From Octopus vulgaris (lineage: Eukaryota): 64,000 bases of DNA. The translations under genes and the position numbers were made by a program. Location: the NCBI GenBank assembly GCA_951406725.2, contig OX597827.1, forward strand, positions 3,720,001 through 3,784,000. Direction: 5' to 3'. Shown in pieces: positions 56,436 to 64,000 of the stretch (position 1 is its first letter; each line of letters begins with the position of its first letter). Below the pieces are notes generated by a model. The model was not told the origin of the DNA, did not search any database, and worked only from the letters and a program-made list of their open reading frames with translations.

Positions 56436-56829
56436 TATATACATATATATATATGTATATATATATACACATACATATATATACATATGTATATTATCTA
56501 TATATATATGTGTATAAGCACACACATATACACAAACATACTTACATACATATATACATATATATATGTATGTATGTATGTATATATGTATGTATGTATG
56601 TATGTATCTATATATATGCATGAAATACTCCTCAGATGTTAATCACTTGATGATGGCCTTCAGCATAACATTTCCAAAAATGATACGTAAAACTTTGTTA
56701 TTATACATTCCTATAAACTCTGCAGTGTGTATTAATCAATTTTAATCTTGTTTGAAGTTTTCTACCATAATCATGTTCAGTGTGGCCTTATGTGTGTGTG
56801 TATATATATATATATATATACATACACAT

Positions 56830-56885
<56 letters not shown>

Positions 56886-56898
56886 ATGTATATATATG

Positions 56899-56964
<66 letters not shown>

Positions 56965-57090
56965 GCCTGCCTCCCTGCCCATATCTGTATATGAAGTCTT
57001 TATAGTTGTGCGTGTGTGTTTGTATGTGTCCATATATAGATGCATGTATGCATATATCTATCTATCCATTAATATATTTATATATCTATC

Positions 57091-57255
<165 letters not shown>

Positions 57256-57539
57256 TCACACACATACACTGCAACATTGTGGCAATACAGCTGACTAGCT
57301 TTCTGACTTTTACTGATGTGCAGTGAATATGATAAGTCAGCGTTTTGCAGTGACTGTGATTATTGCTTACACTGAGTGGTTTTGAATGGTATTAAATATT
57401 TACAATCAGCTGAACTTGGCAGTTTGATATTCAAATGTTTTAACAGATTCAATGCAATGCCATGCCAAAGGCATCAGTTACTAGTCCTGTACCGTATTGG
57501 CTTATCATCCCACAATTGGTCACTTCAAAGACATATATA

Positions 57540-57944
57540 TACTCTTTTACTTGTTTCAATCATTTGACTGTGGCCAGGACTTATTCTTTGTAAAACCCCA
57601 GGACATATTCTCTGTAAGCCTGTTACTTATTCTATCAGTCTCTTTTTGCCAAACTGCTAAGTTACAGGGATGTAAACACATCAGCATCGGTTGTCAAGCA
57701 ATGTTTTTTTTTGGGGGGGGTGGGACAAACACAAACATACACACACACACACATGCACACACACATATATATATACATATATACGACGTGCTTCTTTCAG
57801 TTTCCATCTACCAAATCCACTCACAAGGCTTTGGTCAGCCCGAGGCTATAGTAGAAGACACTTGCCCAAGGTGCCATGCAGTGGGACTGAACCTGGAACC
57901 ATGCGTGGTAAGCAAGCTACTTAACACACAGCCACTCCTGCGCC
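57540..57944 (-). mobile_element. SINE family A, near full length
   Basis: Colinear with 30864-31255; small internal duplication caggac.tattct.tgtaa. Confidence 0.88.
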
Positions 57945-59297
57945 TATATATGTATATATATATATATATATATATGATATAGTATGATATAGTATGATAT
58001 AATATAATATAATATAATATATTATAATATAATGTTGTCTATCTATCTATAGCTATCTATCTATCTATTTGTCTGTCTGTTTGTCTATTTGTCCATCTGT
58101 TTGTATATATAAATACATATATATGTATACATGTACATATGTACATACGTATGTCTGTATGTACATACGTATATGTGTAATCATTTACATATGTATGTAC
58201 ATACATGCGTACATATTTATGTACATACATACATAGATAGATACAGACAGGTAGACAGAAAGGAAAAAAGCTGATTTGAATACTACAGATCCAATCCATC
58301 ACTGGAACAGTAAAAGTCTGTAAAACTTTCCAGAAGATTATCATTTAAGTATATATGAGCATGTCTAGATATGCAAGAATATATGCATGAGGAGACATAC
58401 AAAAAACAATACATACAAATCTTCACATATACATACATATAGAAGTACCCTGTTGATGTTGAAATTCAAATGAAGGAGCCTTGGGTCTAGGTTAGAAACT
58501 GGCTCTTTCTCTATTGGCAAGAAATGCTGAAATAAAACTGAATAATGACACACACACACACATGCACACGTGTGCGCACATACACACACATGCGCACACA
58601 CGCACACACATAAAGCATGAAACTTTACTCCAAAGCTTGTTTATTTCGCAAACATCTAAACTTGAATAATACAACATATAATCATGCAACTAGCCCCGCA
58701 CCCTAAAATCACTGGCCTTCTGCCAAAATCCAATATGATTGTTATTACTATTATTTTAAAACAATTTATTGTGACATTATTATCAGGTTTGTAGGTGTGG
58801 CACAATTGGTAACACACTAAGCAGTAATTAATTTTGCAAGTTAGCTTCAATATTACATTTGATTTCACCAGGAAATACTTACTATATTCACTTCAAAAGA
58901 CTACAGCTGCTTCAGCATATCATCAGTGTATGTATGTAGATAAAAATTATTTTATACTCTAGAAATTTATATAGGATCAAGGGATTATCTACTGACTGGG
59001 ATACACCAAAATCCAAGTAGCGTGCTGAGTAGAAACGACAACAGGCTGTTTTTCTTTGTATATATAGGATTAATATAGACTTTTTATGGTAACTTTTTTG
59101 TCATGTCAAAAGCACAAAATATATAAATTATACATAAACATTTTGCTGATTGCTTGTGTGGCATACATATTGCATGTACGGCTTGCTTGAGTGGCATGCT
59201 GGTACTTCTCAATAACATCAAAAACGAAATCAGTCACATAACACAACATACAAAAAAAAAGAGACATTCATTAAGAAAGCTTAAAAGCAAAGTTCAC

Positions 59298-59551
59298 CTT
59301 GGGTACAGCTGGTAATGGTTTTGCATAAGAGGTAAAGCTGTTCCTCATTGGTAGATTCCAAGGTTGTGATGGACTGGCACTGGTAATTCTTAAGGATTTT
59401 AGATCAATAACATCATTAGATGGAGCATTCTGAGTCACATTGGGTTGGTAAAAACATCTGGTACTGGTATCTTTAAGGTTTGAGAGAGTCTGTGGTAATA
59501 TTGCTTCACTGCCTAGGACCTTTAATTGTTCAGGCTGACTAGTTTTAACTC
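59298..59551 (-). CDS. Probable coding exon of an unidentified gene (GVKTSQPEQLKVLGSEAILPQ...SYAKPLPAVPK)
   Basis: 84 stop-free codons of non-repetitive sequence; acceptor attatccag; donor AAG|GTGAAC, or read-through to TAA at 59273-59271. Confidence 0.6.
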
Positions 59552-59555
59552 CTGG

Positions 59556-59556
<1 letters not shown>

Positions 59557-59612
<56 letters not shown>

Positions 59613-59669
59613 GTAATGATAATAACAATGATAATAACGATAATAATAACAATAATAATAATAATGATG

Positions 59670-59724
<55 letters not shown>

Positions 59725-59760
59725 TAATAACAATAATAATCGAAATCAAAATCATAATAA
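59557..59760. repeat. (AAT)n microsatellite
   Basis: Direct reading. Confidence 0.95.
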
Positions 59761-60360
59761 CAATAGTTTCAAATTTTGGCAGAGAGTCAGCAGTTTTTGA
59801 GGGGAAAGGAAGTCAATTACATCAAACCTAGTGCTTGAGTGGTACTTATTTTATTGCCCCCCCCCCCCAAAAAAAAAGATGAAGGGTAAAGTTGACCTTG
59901 GCAGAATTGAAATCAGAATGTAAAGATAGATGAAATGCTGCTAAACATTTCATCCAGCTTGTTAACAATTCTGCCAGATCACTGCTTTAATAATGATAAT
60001 GATAATAATAATGATATTAATAATAACTATTTCCTCTTTGGGTACAAGGCCTGAAATTTTGTCGAGTGGCACTAGCCAATCACATCGATCCCTGTACTAA
60101 ACTGGTACCAACCCCAAAAGTATGAAAGGCAATGTGAACCTCAGTGACATTCGAATTCCGAATGTCAAGCTATAAGATAAGCCACCACTAGGCCTTTTGT
60201 CTGATCTGGTAATGAATTTGACATCTTTTTATTTGCCAGAAAAGTAAGAAATGATGGAACATTATAAGCACAAATTACACAAAAAAGGAAGATGGTAAAA
60301 AAATGTGTAAAACATAAATGACATGAGTATGTTCCAATAGTAATAAAAATAATAATAATA

Positions 60361-60414
<54 letters not shown>

Positions 60415-60477
60415 GTTTTATTTTCATTGACCACAAGGGTAGCAAAGTCACAGTATTACAATACAAGGCAAGAAATA

Positions 60478-60785
<308 letters not shown>

Positions 60786-61140
60786 TTGGTGATGCAAAAG
60801 ATGATAACAATAAGTGTAGCAAAAGCGACAAACAATAACAATAACAACAGAAAGTATAACAAAAAGAATAAATGCGGTATTAAAAGCAATGGCTTGCAAA
60901 CAGTCATTATCAAACAGAGATAACAAGTTCTACATTAATTACTTTTTCACATTTTACTATCATATTGTATGTAAATCTTATCTCCTGAAAACAACCGGAT
61001 GTTGTTAATGACAAAAAAGTGATGACGATAATAGATTGCAATGATGATGATGATGACGATGATGACAAGATGATGATGACAATGGCAGTGAATGACCTCT
61101 CTTAAGGCCGCTCAGCATTTGGTTGAAATATATATTTTAA

Positions 61141-61359
61141 CCCTTTAACAGGCAGATTACTTTATCAAATGGAATGCTTATGTGTTTACATTATTTTGAA
61201 TCACTCATGTATTGTCTTACAGCTTTGAGATTTCAATGATTTACTTCTTAACTTTCAGAATGACATTGTAGGGGAGGTGGAAGAGGCAAGATCTGGCTAG
61301 TTCAAACAAAAGATAAGAAGAACATTTGGGCTGGTATGACCAGTCTAAATGCTAAAGGG
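61141..61359. mobile_element. piggyBac-type MITE, second copy
   Basis: TTAA|CCCTTTAACA...AATGCTAAAGGG|TTAA; homologous to 7522-7743. Confidence 0.82.
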
Positions 61360-61712
61360 TTAAGGAATTGATCCTTGAATATACACTTGATACACAAACA
61401 TGAATTCTTGAGTCAAATGGGAGATGAAAAATAATTTGATCCTTTAATCTCACCAAGAGTGAGGTTAAAAATTTCAAAATTAGCCAACAAGGAAGTTTTT
61501 ACATCATGCATGGGCAACCAGTTTTGAGTAGTAGTTCGCATGAGTCATGGCTCATCATCAGGCATGAGGCCCTGATAATTTTTCATTGGCACGCTATTCA
61601 GAAAGTCTCACAGGTTGCAGTGTGCTCATGACTGTTATACATCTTTGCTCAACCTGCTAGTCTAGTGTTAACATCTAAATCTCTCCATTATTTACATTAT
61701 TTACAATTGACA

Positions 61713-62022
61713 GATACAACATTTCAGCTGGTATACCCTCCAGCCTTCATCTGGAAATTTCGGAACTGGGTTCTCCTTCCTAAGGTATTTTTCAATGTTG
61801 TTATATTCAGGTCACTGCCTGGAATCAAACTTGGGGTTAGTAGCTCTAAACCACTACACCATTAACCCGTAGGTGTAGTGGTTAAGAGCACGGGCTACTA
61901 ACCCCAAGATTCCGAGTTCAATTCCAGGCAATGACCTAAACAACAATAATAATAACGTCGAAAAATACCTTAGGAAGGAGAACCTGATGAAGGCCAGAGG
62001 GTATATCAGCTGAAACATTGTG
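61713..62022. mobile_element. Head-to-head palindrome of two tRNA-head + hammerhead units
   Basis: Arms 61713-61861 and 61870-62022 are reverse complements with indels. The + arm has A box GTGTAGTGG and B box GAGTTCAATTCC, then CTGATGA (61984-61990)...GAAAC (62012-62016); the - arm has the matching motif at 61753-61713. Confidence 0.75.
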
Positions 62023-62469
62023 TTAACAACAAACAAGATGAGTAGGTCTGCAATGCAACATTTTTCTACTTGCTTCAACCAGTGTCATCTCGACCAAAAC
62101 TAGATCCCCTTCCCTATGCTTTCTTCCAAAGCCTCTTGCTGCTCATATCCTTACATTTCATACACCCAGTTAACTCTTTACCTGGTAATTTTAGCCATTT
62201 ACATTAAATAATCAAATTATTAGCACTTGTACCACCTACTCTTATCAGCAAACGTCTAATTCAGAATCATTTGTTTCTAAGATTTACTCAAGCCCAGTCT
62301 TTGGCATAAATGTCTGTAACATATTCAATAGGCCTTAACCAAATCATTCAGCTCTCTCATGCTCAACCATTTTCACAAATTGATATAGGACATGAAGCTG
62401 ATTTTAACTAACTTGTATATCTTTCAGTTTATTAGACCGTGACCATACCAAGATTTAAAACCCTGAATA

Positions 62470-62691
62470 TACTAGAGGGTGCTGAAAAGTTCCAGGAATT
62501 AAGGGTATTGCGAAAGGCTTGGTTGGAAATCTAACCTCCCAAGTTCTTTTACAGGTCCTGGGAAAATTGTAGGACTGCTGCAATAAGTGTGTGAATCTGA
62601 AAGGGGAATATATTGAATAAAATCATAATTAACTGATCCTCCTGTATTTTAATTTACTCAACACCAGGAACTTTTCAGTATCCCTCTTGTA
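62470..62691 (+). mobile_element. Mariner-derived MITE, second copy
   Basis: AGAGGGTGCTGAAAAGTTCC...GGAACTTTTCAGTATCCCTCT with TA flanks; homologous to 15087-15291. Confidence 0.8.
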
Positions 62692-63152
62692 AAGGGACAA
62701 AGCTAAATACTGTCAGGAATTTTGTCTGTCATACTAGCAATCCTGCCATCCAGAACCCCTAAACTAAATATTAATTTTTTTTTAACTGAGGTACACAATC
62801 ACAAAATTCAGTGAGAGGCAGCAGTGAATGGCAATCATTTTAAAGATTGTTACATTAAATAGTAATAGTAGAACCAATAGAGAAAAATTGTAATTAGTAT
62901 TATATTAATTACTGCAGAATAACTGGTTATTATGAAAAATAAGTATAAGACATACAATCTAATAAAAGAAAGTATTAAAAAACCTAAATTAAGGGCCAGT
63001 GACCCTACAAAAATACATAAAAAAAAACAAAATGCCCAGCAAAATAACTGAAACAAAGCAGGGAAAATTTAATAAAACAAAGACAATTAAAGAAAGCGGG
63101 AACAATTTAAGCTGGAGTGGAGTAACATGAACAAAAGCAACACTGCACACAC

Positions 63153-63199
63153 CTGAGGCATATGGAGATGATCCTGGTGATGCAATGAAGAACTCGCAT
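63153..63199 (-). CDS. Candidate 47-nt coding exon (xCEFFIASPGSSPYAS-G), phase-compatible with 59298-59551
   Basis: Acceptor ttattcatag, donor CAG|GTGTGT; its phase-1 end joins GA GTT of the next exon in frame. Confidence 0.45.
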
Positions 63200-64000
63200 C
63201 TATGAATAATAATACAACAATAATGATGACAATAACAATAACAATAATGATAATAACAATAATGATAATGGTAATAATGATAAGAGTGATATTGATAATA
63301 AGCATTTTTTAAAACGGTAAATATAATAATTATAATGATAATTTCATTTCTATTCAAGAACTTTACTTTTAAGAAATTCTTTTCTTAATTTGTTTTGGCA
63401 CCAGGACAATACTTTGTCAATCAATTTGTCAATAGATTAATATGACATTAATCAGTTCGTTACCAGATCAATTTCTCATCAATATCCAAGTTGAAATGTC
63501 TCCAGATTATTTCATTCTGTTATTATTTTAAATACATAAATTTTAGATTTAAGGATTTGTTTTGCGCCCTCCTCCCCTAATATATTTATACGTCAATGTT
63601 ATTTACATAACCATCTGTAACTAGTGCTGGTGACACAAAGAAAAAAAGCATGCTGTGAAGTGGTAGGGATTATGAAGAGCATCCAGCTGTAGAAATCATA
63701 CCAAAGCAGACACTGGCACACGATCCAGCCCATGGGCCCATCATATTCTGTCAAACTATCCAACCCTTGTCAGCATGGAATATGGACATTTTGATGAGTA
63801 CAGTAGAATTGAGAAACTAAGAAATATTGAAGGAATTATACAAAAATAGGGATGCCATCTTAATACATTCTCTGTTTAATTTTTTTTTACACTCTTTTTC
63901 AGTTTTTTGTTATTACTCTCATATTAACATAAAGAAGAGAAATCTGTATTTCTTAACATCAGTTCCCTACCTCGTTCATGCCTCATTTAAAAACTTATTG

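Noticed and set aside
58286-58364. Minus-strand terminal exon HAHIYLNDNLLESFTDFYCSSDGLDL*
   Set aside because: Needs a phase-2 donor, while the upstream exon at 59298 ends in phase 0 (which would give only TCSYILK*); unsupported
58465-58505. ATGAAGGAGCCT...AGGTTAGAAACTGG hammerhead-like motif
   Set aside because: Too many core deviations to call from a single copy
63463-63518. Minus-strand exon-like NEIIWRHFNLDIDEKLI
   Set aside because: Purine-rich acceptor, and splicing to 63199 would create TGA; cannot be reconciled without transcripts

Overview
AT-rich, microsatellite-saturated eukaryotic DNA, most likely from an octopus. This is inferred from recognisable octopus-type tRNA-derived SINE families and the extreme (TA)n/(CATA)n/(AAT)n load. 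Almost all of the supplied ORFs are microsatellite artefacts. What can be supported: (1) a full-length but dead DD34D mariner (4512-5796), and a second mariner fragment abutted by a TA-flanked MITE; (2) many SINE copies from at least four families, plus RTE- and CR1/L2-like LINE remnants, one of which shares its 3' stem-loop tail with the commonest SINE; (3) piggyBac-type and mariner-type MITEs and a Helitron-like fragment; (4) a few candidate spliced exons, the best being a phase-compatible minus-strand pair at 63153-63199 and 59298-59551, which cannot be assigned to a named gene. The most notable signal is a dispersed set of short, often palindromic elements carrying type I hammerhead ribozyme motifs of the Penelope-like minimal type. 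They include a U3-A8 compensatory core variant (39814-39857) and a head-to-head pair of tRNA-promoter + hammerhead units (61713-62022) reminiscent of schistosome Sm-alpha. No prokaryotic features (CRISPR arrays, operons, rRNA) are visible.
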